A DNA stretch of 64,000 bases from an uncultured Alphaproteobacteria bacterium (GCA_902621305.1 CACNLM010000001.1:73005-137004); one strand, 5' to 3'; numbered from the stretch's first letter, positions 22,188 through 30,483 are shown. Notes: generated by a model not told the origin, from the sequence alone. Numbers and translations are program-made.

Positions 22188-23339
22188 ATGGGAAGAAGAT
22201 TAAAATTAGGAATGATAGGTGGTGGCCAAGGAGCTTTTATTGGCGCTGTTCATCGTCTATGTGCAAGAATGGATGATAAATATGAATTTGTTGCTGGTTG
22301 TTTATCTTCAACCCCAGAAAAAGCGGCAAAATCTGCTGAAGAAATTGGTCTCGATCCTTCAAGAAGTTACCCTGATTTTAAAACTATGGCTAAGGAAGAA
22401 GCTAAAAGAGATGATGGTATTGATGTAGTATCTATTGTTACGCCAAATCATATGCATGCTGCACCAGCAATAGAATTTCTAGATAAAAATATTCATGTCA
22501 TTTGTGATAAACCTATGACTTCTACAATGGAAGATGCTCATAAATTAGTTGAAGCAGTCTCTAAATCTGACGCTCATTTTTTCTTAACTCATAATTATTC
22601 TGGATATCCAGTCGTTAGAGGTATGAGATCACTTATTGAAAATGGAGCACTAGGCAAAATAAGAATTGTTAAAGGATCTTATTTGCAAGGATGGCTCGGA
22701 TCAAAAGAAGAAGATTCTGGTTCAAATAAACAAGCAGAATGGAGAACTGACCCTTCAAGAAGTGGGGCTGCAGGAGGTGTAGGTGATATTGGTAGTCATA
22801 CTATGCATTTGTTAGAATTTATAACTCAATTAAAATTACAATCAGTTAGTGCAGATCTTACAACTTTTGTTGAAGGAAGAAAATTAGACGATGATGCTTC
22901 AATTATGATCAGATTAAATAATGGTGCTAAGGGATCATTATCTATTTCTCAAGTTGCAACAGGTGAAGAAAATAATTTTACTGTAGCTATTTATGGTGAC
23001 AAGGGTGCATTAAAATGGAGTCAAGAAAATCCAAATTATGCAACATTTAGTCAAGTAGGGGAGGCAAGCCAGATAATAACTAGAGGTGGTTCAATTAAAG
23101 TTGAGGGAACTGAAGCTAATGTTCGAATCCCTGCAGGTCATCCAGAAGGGTATCTTGAAGCATTTGCACAAATTTACTCTGATGCTGCAGATGTTATCCA
23201 AAATAAGGAAAATAAAGAAGAATTACTAAAGCTTCTTCCAAATATTGACGATGGTTTACACATAATGAAGTTTATAAACGCAAGTGTAGATTCTAGTTTA
23301 AAAGACTCAAAGTGGATAAATTTATCTGAAATTATATGA
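22188..23339 (+). CDS. Gfo/Idh/MocA family NAD(P)-dependent oxidoreductase
   Basis: It has an N-terminal Rossmann fold (LGMIGGGQGAFIG) and the VICDKPM motif, with a C-terminal alpha/beta domain. Confidence 0.85.
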   Translation: MGRRLKLGMIGGGQGAFIGAVHRLCARMDDKYEFVAGCLSSTPEKAAKSAEEIGLDPSRSYPDFKTMAKEEAKRDDGIDVVSIVTPNHMHAAPAIEFLDKNIHVICDKPMTSTMEDAHKLVEAVSKSDAHFFLTHNYSGYPVVRGMRSLIENGALGKIRIVKGSYLQGWLGSKEEDSGSNKQAEWRTDPSRSGAAGGVGDIGSHTMHLLEFITQLKLQSVSADLTTFVEGRKLDDDASIMIRLNNGAKGSLSISQVATGEENNFTVAIYGDKGALKWSQENPNYATFSQVGEASQIITRGGSIKVEGTEANVRIPAGHPEGYLEAFAQIYSDAADVIQNKENKEELLKLLPNIDDGLHIMKFINASVDSSLKDSKWINLSEII

Positions 23340-23443
23340 ATTTTCCCTAGTTTTCTTGTATTTTTTTATTCATGCAAAAAATGCATAGCAAACTTTACTT
23401 AAATATTCTTAATAAATTTTAATAATAAAGTAAATCACCATTA

Positions 23444-23493
23444 CGTTCATCATTCTTTTTGAATGACGGAAGTAGACGAAAGTCGAAGGAACG
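23444..23493 (+). promoter_or_regulatory. glutamine riboswitch aptamer (glnA RNA motif), copy 1
   Basis: CGUUCA-UCAUUC-UUUUU-GAAUGA-CGGAAGUAG-ACGAAAGU-CGAAGGAACG. P1 pairs CGUUC with GAACG, and P2 is a 6-bp hairpin. The conserved cores CGGAAGUAG and CGAAGGAACGC match my recollection of the glnA RNA consensus. It lies in the amtB leader. Confidence 0.85.
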
Positions 23494-23511
23494 CATGCAA
23501 AGTTATAAAAT

Positions 23512-23560
23512 CGTTCAATTTGCAGTTTGCAAATCGGAAGTAGGTTAAACCGAAGGAACG
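23512..23560 (+). promoter_or_regulatory. glutamine riboswitch aptamer (glnA RNA motif), copy 2
   Basis: CGUUCA-AUUUGCA-GUU-UGCAAAU-CGGAAGUAG-GUUAAAC-CGAAGGAACG. The cores are the same as in copy 1, but the P2 helix sequence is completely different while still fully paired, which amounts to covariation. Confidence 0.85.
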
Positions 23561-23653
23561 CGGATCTTAGTAATTAATTTCCATAGCTAAGCATGAAAAG
23601 TAACACATGACTCAGTGTGAGCCATGTACTGTGAAATTTATAATGGAGGATTA

Positions 23654-24940
23654 ATGTTAAAAAAATCTATATATTTCATTGGCATTGTAACTGTCTTCTT
23701 ACTCTTTAGCTCTTACGCAAGAGCAGAGGTAGATGGTGAAGTGCAATACATATTAAATACTTTCCTATTTCTTGTATCTGGGTTCTTGGTCATGTGGATG
23801 GCAGCAGGATTTGCAATGCTTGAATCAGGACTTGTTACATCCAAAAGTGTAGCAACAATTGCAGCTAAAAACATTGGCTTGTATTCAATTGCAGGAATAA
23901 TGTTTTGGTTAGTCGGATACAATATGGCTTACGGTATACCCGCTGGTGGATTTATTGGATCTCCAATTCCTTGGAGTGATGGTAGCGCTGTCGATACAGG
24001 TTATTCCGATGGTTCTGACTGGTTCTTTCAGATGGTATTTTGTGCAACAACTTGCTCAATTGTATCTGGAACGCTAGCTGAAAGAATTAAAATTTGGCCA
24101 TTCTTTATTTTTTGTGCTTTATTAACTGGTTTCATTTATCCAATTGAAATGGGTTGGCAGTGGGGCGGAGGATACTTAGCGGAAGCTGGTTTCTCAGATT
24201 TTGCTGGTTCAACTCTAGTACATAGTGCAGGAGCAGCAGCAGCACTTGCTGGTGCAATTTTATTAGGCCCAAGACTAGGAAGATTCACTGATAGTGGTGA
24301 AGCAACTCCAATGGAGCCTTTTGCAAATTCTTCAATACCTCTTGCAACTCTTGGTGTATTTATCCTATGGCTTGGATGGTTCGGATTTAATGGTGGATCA
24401 CAACTTGCAATGGGTACATTTGATGATGTTACGGCAGTAGCAACAATATATATTAATACTAACTTGGCAGCTGGTGCAGGAGTAATGGCTTGTGCAGTAA
24501 TTTCAAGACTAGTAACTGGTAAAACAGATGTTGTTATGATGCTTAATGGTGCATTAGGTGGTCTAGTAGCAATTACAGCAGAACCATTAGCTCCATCACC
24601 AATTTTAGCAATAATCATTGGTGCAGTTGGTGGTTTAATTGTCTTCTACGGTACTAGACTTTTAATATCTCTAAAAATTGATGACGTTGTAGGTGCAATT
24701 CCTGTTCACGGTTTTGCTGGAATTTTTGGAACATTAGTTGTTCCGATTTCAAACAGTGCTGCAAGTTTTGGAGCTCAACTCTACGGTATAATAGCAATTA
24801 ATGTTTTCGTTTTTGTTGTATCATTTATTATTTGGTACATCATGAAAATGCTCTTTGGTATTAGAATTAGTGAAGAGGCTGAAAAACTTGGAACAGATAA
24901 ATCTGAAGTAGGTGTAATGGCTTACAGCATCAGAGACTAA
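23654..24940 (+). CDS. amtB: ammonium transporter (Amt family)
   Basis: A signal peptide (MLKKSIYFIGIVTVFLLFSSYARA) is followed by an 11-TM Amt fold with FAGSTLVHSAGAAAALAGA and VHGFAGIFGTL. I chose ATG 23654 because GGAGGA lies 4 nt upstream. The ORF-track start at 23624 lacks an RBS. Confidence 0.93.
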   Translation: MLKKSIYFIGIVTVFLLFSSYARAEVDGEVQYILNTFLFLVSGFLVMWMAAGFAMLESGLVTSKSVATIAAKNIGLYSIAGIMFWLVGYNMAYGIPAGGFIGSPIPWSDGSAVDTGYSDGSDWFFQMVFCATTCSIVSGTLAERIKIWPFFIFCALLTGFIYPIEMGWQWGGGYLAEAGFSDFAGSTLVHSAGAAAALAGAILLGPRLGRFTDSGEATPMEPFANSSIPLATLGVFILWLGWFGFNGGSQLAMGTFDDVTAVATIYINTNLAAGAGVMACAVISRLVTGKTDVVMMLNGALGGLVAITAEPLAPSPILAIIIGAVGGLIVFYGTRLLISLKIDDVVGAIPVHGFAGIFGTLVVPISNSAASFGAQLYGIIAINVFVFVVSFIIWYIMKMLFGIRISEEAEKLGTDKSEVGVMAYSIRD

Positions 24941-24990
24941 TGAATTTAGTGATTAGCAAATCAACTCCTTATAGTTGGTCACTAATAATT

Positions 24991-25010
24991 GGGAGAGCAT
25001 TTGCTCTCCC
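24991..25010 (+). terminator. GC-rich 8-bp stem / 4-nt loop hairpin downstream of amtB
   Basis: GGGAGAGC-AUUU-GCUCUCCC. This is the only GC-rich hairpin in the amtB 3' region. It is followed by AAAAUUG rather than a U-tract, so its terminator function is uncertain. Confidence 0.45.
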
Positions 25011-25040
25011 AAAATTGCTAAATATTAGACAGAGTAATCA

Positions 25041-25415
25041 ATGACAGAAACAGAAATTATTAAAGAAAAAAAGAGAAATATATATTCCAGTTTTTTTTCA
25101 GAAGATTATGTTTCAAAATTTTTATTTAAATCAATTTTACATCATGTTATTTCATTAGAAATTTATGAAAATAATAGATTAAACGGAATTTCATTTGAAA
25201 CAATTTGTGCAAATATACCAAAGTCAATTGGTTCAAGATCATCTATTCAATCTATACTAAACGAGGCTTTGGAAAAAAATATTTTTACTAAAGAACAGAG
25301 TAAAACAGATAAGCGAATTAAAAATTATTACTTAAGTAATAACTTTTTCAATATGATTAATACTTGGTTACAGAAAGAGGGGTCTTATTTCAGTAAGTTG
25401 AGACCAAGAAATTAA
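25041..25415 (+). CDS. hypothetical protein, possible winged-helix (MarR-like) DNA-binding protein
   Basis: 124 aa. The segment ISFETICANIPKSIGSRSSIQSILNEALEKNIFTKEQSKTDKRIKNYYLS looks by eye like a helix-turn-helix plus a basic wing. There is no other recognisable motif. Confidence 0.4.
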   Translation: MTETEIIKEKKRNIYSSFFSEDYVSKFLFKSILHHVISLEIYENNRLNGISFETICANIPKSIGSRSSIQSILNEALEKNIFTKEQSKTDKRIKNYYLSNNFFNMINTWLQKEGSYFSKLRPRN

Positions 25416-25446
25416 TTTTAATTTAAATCAATCAGAGAAATTATAC

Positions 25447-25638
25447 ATGAAAACATCATTTATTATTAGCGGAAAGAAACATATTTTGAAATATGAAAGA
25501 AAAATGCCTGAAAAAGAAGTAATTAAAATGAAATCATTTGTGACAAGTAAGGGTACTAAACTTACAAAAACTGCAAAATTTAAGATAAAAAAAGTTTTAG
25601 AAAAAGATAAAGAAAGGGTTTTTGATATTATTCTATAA
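25447..25638 (+). CDS. hypothetical small lysine-rich protein (63 aa)
   Basis: The ORF exactly fills the gap up to the yqgE stop. An antisense ORF (25428..25676) is Phe-rich, as expected for the shadow of an AAA-rich frame. The coding strand remains uncertain. Confidence 0.3.
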   Translation: MKTSFIISGKKHILKYERKMPEKEVIKMKSFVTSKGTKLTKTAKFKIKKVLEKDKERVFDIIL

Positions 25639-26190
25639 TTAACAATTTCCAGAGAATAATGAAAGTTTACTTGCATCTATTCCTAATAAATTAAATGCAT
25701 CCTTCCACTTGTTATTGACTTTTTCGTCAAAAATAAAATCACTATCTGCCTTTAGCGTCATCCAGCTATTTGAAGCTAATTCCTTTTCAATTTGTCCTGG
25801 ACCCCATCCTGCGTATCCAAGAGCTAGGATACTATTCTTTGGGCCATTACCTTTTGAAAGATCTTCAAAAAATTCTGAAGTACTAGTCAACGCAACACCT
25901 TTATCTATTGTTAAGGTTTCTTTTTGAATTACTTCGTCAGAATGTAAAACGAACCCCCTACCACTCTCAACAGGACCACCATAGCGAATGTAAAGTTTCT
26001 TATCTTCTAATGGCTTGTCTATACCTAATTGTTCAAGCAAATTGGGGTAAAGATCATAATCAATTTTTTTGTTGATTATTATACCCATAGCCCCATCTTT
26101 TGAGTGAGCACACATATAAATTACCGTTTTTTCGAATCTATCATCTTCTAATGAAGGCATTGAAATTAAGAACTGACCAGTTAAATTCAT
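25639..26190 (-). CDS. YqgE/AlgH family protein (UPF0301)
   Basis: 183 aa with GQFLISMPSLEDDRF.KTVIYMC.H...GAMGIIINK, GGPV and GYAGWGPGQIEKE. Confidence 0.85.
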   Translation of the reverse strand: MNLTGQFLISMPSLEDDRFEKTVIYMCAHSKDGAMGIIINKKIDYDLYPNLLEQLGIDKPLEDKKLYIRYGGPVESGRGFVLHSDEVIQKETLTIDKGVALTSTSEFFEDLSKGNGPKNSILALGYAGWGPGQIEKELASNSWMTLKADSDFIFDEKVNNKWKDAFNLLGIDASKLSLFSGNC

Positions 26191-26247
26191 ATAGTATATA
26201 TATTCTCTTTAATTTATATTTTTCAATATTGTATTGATTTATTTTAT

Positions 26248-28302
26248 ATGGACAAGGTAATAAAAGTTATAAATCTATTAAAAATTGCAATAATATTTGC
26301 TTTTGCAATATTTAGCACAGCTGGATACTCCTTATCTTCAGATTGGGCAATTAGTGAAAAATCAAAAGTTAGATTAATTTCACCAATGAGTTCATCAAAT
26401 AATAATCAACTAATTTTAGCATTAGAATACGAACTAGAAGATGAATGGAAAACGTATTGGAAATCGCCTGGAGGAGGAGGTTTCCCTCAAAAAATTATAT
26501 GGAATAATTCTTCGAACGTTAAAAATATAAAAATACTATGGCCAGAGCCAATAGAATTTGAAATACTAGGCTTAAAATCAATTGGATATAAAGATAAAGT
26601 CATCTTTCCTTTGATTGTAGATCTAGAAGATAATCAAAAACAAACAAATTTAAATTTAAATATTAATTATTTAGTTTGTAAAGATGTTTGCATTCCAGGT
26701 AGTGCAGATATTTTTCTAAATATACCATCTGGAGATGGTGAATATACAGATTATTTTTTTGAAATTGAAAAAGTTCTATCTACTACATTAAATAATAATA
26801 TTGATTTTACACCTATTTCTAATTTCTCATTCAAGGCTATTGAAAATAACAATAGTGTTATTTTTGATATTGAAATATCAACTACCTCTTTTTTCGATGA
26901 TCCAAAAATTTTTATTCACACACCATTTGGACTACCTGTTGTAGAACCAATAAATAATTATTCCCTTAATTTCCAAAAATTGAATACCTCTTTATATTAC
27001 AGTGCCGATCAGTTTAATGAAAAAAAATTTCCAATAGAAATATTCTTTTATGATAATAATCACAGCTTTAAAGTTGAAAAAAGTGTAGAAATTGAAAATG
27101 TAGATAAAAATATCTCTATAAATACTAGTCTTATATACTTACTCTTAATTTCAATATTAGGCGGTTTTATTTTGAATCTTATGCCATGTGTTTTTCCGGT
27201 ATTATCATTAAAATTATTATCTGTAATTAATACTGAGGATAAAAAGATTAAAAGTAGTTTTTTTATAACCGTATTGGGTATTATCTCTTCTTTTCTAATA
27301 CTTGGTGCATTTTTTGCTATCCTGAAACAAATTAATATTTCAATATCTTGGGGTATGCAATTTCAAGAACCCTACTTTTTAATGTTCATTTTGATAATTA
27401 TATCAATGTTCTTCTTGAACACTCTTGGTCTTATCCAAATAAATTTACCAAGTTTTCTATATTCATCAAAAATTTTAAATTCAGGAAACAATTTTTATAC
27501 AAAGAATTTTTTTAATGGTTTTTTTGCTACACTACTTGCTACACCATGTTCTGCACCTTATTTAGGAACAGCTGTAACGGCTGCTTTTACTCAATCAACA
27601 ACATATTTATTTTTAATATTCTGTTTTATGGGTATAGGAATGAGTTTACCTTATTTGATTGTAGCTTTTTTTCCAGGTCTGATTTCCTTCTTACCTCGAT
27701 CTGGAAAATGGATGATTTATTTTAAATATTTTTTAACTATTTTATTATTCATAACAATTGTTTGGCTTTTAAGTATATTAAATAATTATTTCAATTATTT
27801 TTTTATAGTTACATTCACTGTTTTATTGATCTTAATATCAGCAATTTTAAAATTTAGAATTTATCAAATTCCTTTAATTATTTCTTTAATAAGTATTTTC
27901 TTTTTAACTCCATATTTAAATTCTTTTCAAAAAATTAATGAAGAAAATTATAAAAGTAATAATTGGTTAGATTTTAATTCCAAAAGTATTCCTGAAATAA
28001 TAGCTAATAATGAAATTGTTTTTTTAGATATAACTGCTGACTGGTGCATTACCTGTAAGTTTAATAAAATTAATGTTTTAAATTCAAAAACAGTTTCAGA
28101 TTTTTTTGATTCACAAGAAGTGACATTGATAAAAGCTGATTGGACACAACCAAATGAAAAAATAAATAAATTTTTAAAAAAATATAATAAATTTGGCATA
28201 CCTTTTAATGCATTTTATTCTTCAAAGTTTCCTAAAGGAATAGTAATGAATGAAATATTGACTGAGAAACAAATATTTGAAACATATAATAAAGTTAAAT
28301 GA
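26248..28302 (+). CDS. DsbD-family thiol:disulfide reductase (N-terminal periplasmic domain + CcdA-like TM core + C-terminal thioredoxin)
   Basis: 684 aa with the N-domain YLVCKDVCIP. The TM-core cysteines sit in LMPCVFPVLSLK and ATPCSAPYLG, and the C-terminal thioredoxin motif is ADWCITCK. Confidence 0.85.
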   Translation: MDKVIKVINLLKIAIIFAFAIFSTAGYSLSSDWAISEKSKVRLISPMSSSNNNQLILALEYELEDEWKTYWKSPGGGGFPQKIIWNNSSNVKNIKILWPEPIEFEILGLKSIGYKDKVIFPLIVDLEDNQKQTNLNLNINYLVCKDVCIPGSADIFLNIPSGDGEYTDYFFEIEKVLSTTLNNNIDFTPISNFSFKAIENNNSVIFDIEISTTSFFDDPKIFIHTPFGLPVVEPINNYSLNFQKLNTSLYYSADQFNEKKFPIEIFFYDNNHSFKVEKSVEIENVDKNISINTSLIYLLLISILGGFILNLMPCVFPVLSLKLLSVINTEDKKIKSSFFITVLGIISSFLILGAFFAILKQINISISWGMQFQEPYFLMFILIIISMFFLNTLGLIQINLPSFLYSSKILNSGNNFYTKNFFNGFFATLLATPCSAPYLGTAVTAAFTQSTTYLFLIFCFMGIGMSLPYLIVAFFPGLISFLPRSGKWMIYFKYFLTILLFITIVWLLSILNNYFNYFFIVTFTVLLILISAILKFRIYQIPLIISLISIFFLTPYLNSFQKINEENYKSNNWLDFNSKSIPEIIANNEIVFLDITADWCITCKFNKINVLNSKTVSDFFDSQEVTLIKADWTQPNEKINKFLKKYNKFGIPFNAFYSSKFPKGIVMNEILTEKQIFETYNKVK

Positions 28303-28772
28303 TGAAAATGATTATTGATGATTTTAAAGTGCCTATTATTAAAAAAGGTGTTTCATCAGTATCTTCATTAAAAAATGAATTTATAAATAAAAAAATTATT
28401 CTATTTGGTGTTCCGGGGGCATTCACGCCAACTTGTTCTGAGAAACATCTTCCAGGTTACATAAAATTATATAATTCATTTATAGATAAAAAAATTGATG
28501 GTATTTATTGTCTATCTGTAAATGATGAACATGTGATGAAATCTTGGTTAGTGAGTTATACAGAAGGAGAAATAATCAATGGAATTGCAGATGGAAATGC
28601 TGAGATTACAAAATATTTTGACTTGATATCTGATAAGACAAAAAATTATATGGGTTTTAGGTGTAGAAGGTTTGCGATGATAATTGAGAATAATGTGATT
28701 TTAAACAAATTTATTGAAAATGATGGCGAATACAATGTTAGTTCAGCTGAATATATTTTAAAACAAATCTAA
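28299..28772 (+). CDS. peroxiredoxin, Prx5-like (AhpC/TSA family)
   Basis: The motif GVPGAFTPTCS contains the peroxidatic Cys. The ATG overlaps the stop of the dsbD-like gene by 4 nt. Confidence 0.85.
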   Translation: MMKMIIDDFKVPIIKKGVSSVSSLKNEFINKKIILFGVPGAFTPTCSEKHLPGYIKLYNSFIDKKIDGIYCLSVNDEHVMKSWLVSYTEGEIINGIADGNAEITKYFDLISDKTKNYMGFRCRRFAMIIENNVILNKFIENDGEYNVSSAEYILKQI

Positions 28773-29509
28773 TGAATAAAATTAATTTAGAAAATAGAGT
28801 CGCAATTGTAACAGGTGGAGCACAAGGCTTTGGCTTAGCTATTACTAAAAGATTTATAGAGTCAGGTGCAAAAGTATTAATATGGGATAAAGATACAGAA
28901 TATTTAAATAAAGTTGATCTAAAAAATACTCAAAAAATTGAAGTTGATGTTTCAAATTATAAAAGTGTAGAGAATGCATTTGCTGAAAGTATTACATATG
29001 AAAACAAAATTGATATTTTAATAAATAATGCAGGAATAGCTGGACCAAACTTTAAGACATGGGATTACCCACTTGAGGAATGGCAAAAAGTTATAGACAT
29101 AGATCTAAGCGGAGTATTTTATTGCTGTAAAACTATAGTTCCTCATTTTATCAAAAATAATTATGGACGTATCGTTAATATTTCCTCGATAGCTGGTAAG
29201 GAAGGTAATCCTAACGCAATGCCTTATAGTGCAGCAAAAGCAGGAGTTATTGCACTTACTAAATCTTTAGGAAAAGAATTAGCTGAAAATAACATTTCAG
29301 TTAATTGTGTTACCCCTGCACCTGCTAAAACACGTATTTTTGATCAAATTACACAAGAACATATTGATTATATGTTATCAAAAATTCCGAGAAATAGATT
29401 TGTGCTAGTAGAAGAATTAGCCTCTTTAGTTGCTTGGATGTCCTCTGAAGAAAATTCTTACACCACAGGATCAACTTTTGATTTGAGTGGTGGTCGAGCT
29501 ACTTATTAA
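28772..29509 (+). CDS. SDR family oxidoreductase (FabG-like)
   Basis: It has TGGAQGFG (cofactor binding), NNAG and the catalytic YSAAK. Confidence 0.85.
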   Translation: MNKINLENRVAIVTGGAQGFGLAITKRFIESGAKVLIWDKDTEYLNKVDLKNTQKIEVDVSNYKSVENAFAESITYENKIDILINNAGIAGPNFKTWDYPLEEWQKVIDIDLSGVFYCCKTIVPHFIKNNYGRIVNISSIAGKEGNPNAMPYSAAKAGVIALTKSLGKELAENNISVNCVTPAPAKTRIFDQITQEHIDYMLSKIPRNRFVLVEELASLVAWMSSEENSYTTGSTFDLSGGRATY

Positions 29510-30483
29510 TTTTTTCTTCTTTGTATTAGGGCGTAAACTGTAACAGCTACTGTAATCATGAGTCCGTTAATAAATTTTACATAAAAACCAGATAAGCCTA
29601 AAGCAACTATTCCTGACTCTAATGAACCAATAATTAATACTCCTATAAAAGTTCCAAAAATAGTACCTTTGCCACCAAACACTGAAGTGCCACCAACAAA
29701 GACAGCTGCTAGTGTTGTTAACATTAAACCCTCACCTTGTGTAGGCCAGAAATATAACATTTCATACATTGTAAAAATTCCTGCTAAAGCAGAGAAAAAT
29801 CCTAGTTGAACAAAAGCAATAATTTTTACATTATCAACGTTAATTCCCATCATTTGGGCGCTTGCTTTGTTATCACCTACAAAGTGGATATGATTTCCAA
29901 ATTTATGGTATCGATAAACCCATTGCATCAATCCAGTTAATACAATGAACCAAATAAATTGCATTGGAATTTTTCCAAATAATTTTTCAACAAATATCAT
30001 ATGATGCCATGTTCCATCTGCTACATCAACGATTGCAATACCGCTACCTTGAGAAATTACATTAACTAATCCACGCCAAAAAAATAATGTACCTATAGTG
30101 GCAACTATTGAAGGTATGCCAATTTTAGTAACAAGTAATCCATTTATTAATCCCGCAAACATTCCAAGTGAAGTTGCCAAAATAAATGCTATAAAAAAAT
30201 TACCATCAGTCGATGTCATTATAATTCCAAATATGAGAGATGTAATTCCAACTATAGATGGAAATGATAAATCAATTTCACCAAGTGTAACAACAAATGT
30301 TGCTGATATAGCAATAATTCCAAAAAAAGGCATTGATTGCATAAAAGCTCTATAAATAGGAAATCTTGTAAATACATGTGGTGCACCAAGAAAATAAATT
30401 AGGAATAGTACTACAGCAATTATAGTAATACTAATTTCAAGTTTGTGAGTTTTTACAAAATAACTATTTAATAAATTATTCAT
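29506..30483 (-). CDS. carbohydrate-type ABC transporter permease (RbsC/branched BPD_transp_2 family)
   Basis: 325 aa, about ten TM segments with Gly-rich helices. It lies in an operon with a single-domain ATPase and a type-I periplasmic binding protein. Confidence 0.8.
   Translation of the reverse strand: MNNLLNSYFVKTHKLEISITIIAVVLFLIYFLGAPHVFTRFPIYRAFMQSMPFFGIIAISATFVVTLGEIDLSFPSIVGITSLIFGIIMTSTDGNFFIAFILATSLGMFAGLINGLLVTKIGIPSIVATIGTLFFWRGLVNVISQGSGIAIVDVADGTWHHMIFVEKLFGKIPMQFIWFIVLTGLMQWVYRYHKFGNHIHFVGDNKASAQMMGINVDNVKIIAFVQLGFFSALAGIFTMYEMLYFWPTQGEGLMLTTLAAVFVGGTSVFGGKGTIFGTFIGVLIIGSLESGIVALGLSGFYVKFINGLMITVAVTVYALIQRRKN

Noticed and set aside
23121-23130. GTTCGAATCC, a tRNA T-arm-like decamer
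   Set aside because: It lies inside the Gfo/Idh/MocA CDS (encoding ..NVRIPAG..). The flanks offer no acceptor stem, D-arm or anticodon arm.
23372-23386. Inverted repeat ATGCA-N5-TGCAT upstream of the riboswitch
   Set aside because: Arms of only 5 bp are easily produced by chance in AT-rich DNA, and it matches no regulator consensus that I recognise.
23593-23610. Five-codon mini-ORF (MKSNT) in the amtB leader
   Set aside because: It is too short and lacks an SD, and such ORFs arise easily by chance. I mention it only in the expression-platform finding.
23624-23653. Ten-codon N-terminal extension of amtB from the ORF track (MYCEIYNGGL)
   Set aside because: It has no RBS. The GGAGGA that serves ATG 23654 lies inside the extension, and the protein from 23654 begins with a canonical signal peptide.
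24136-24618. 160-aa ORF antisense to amtB
   Set aside because: It lies entirely inside a confidently assigned Amt-family CDS. Its Ala/Pro/Ser-rich, low-complexity translation is the expected shadow of Gly/Ala-rich TM helices.
25428-25676. 82-aa minus-strand ORF overlapping the yqgE stop
   Set aside because: It is Phe, Ile and Leu-rich, as expected for the reverse complement of a Lys-rich frame, and it would overlap yqgE by 38 nt. I kept the plus-strand ORF as the low-confidence call, but neither is secure.
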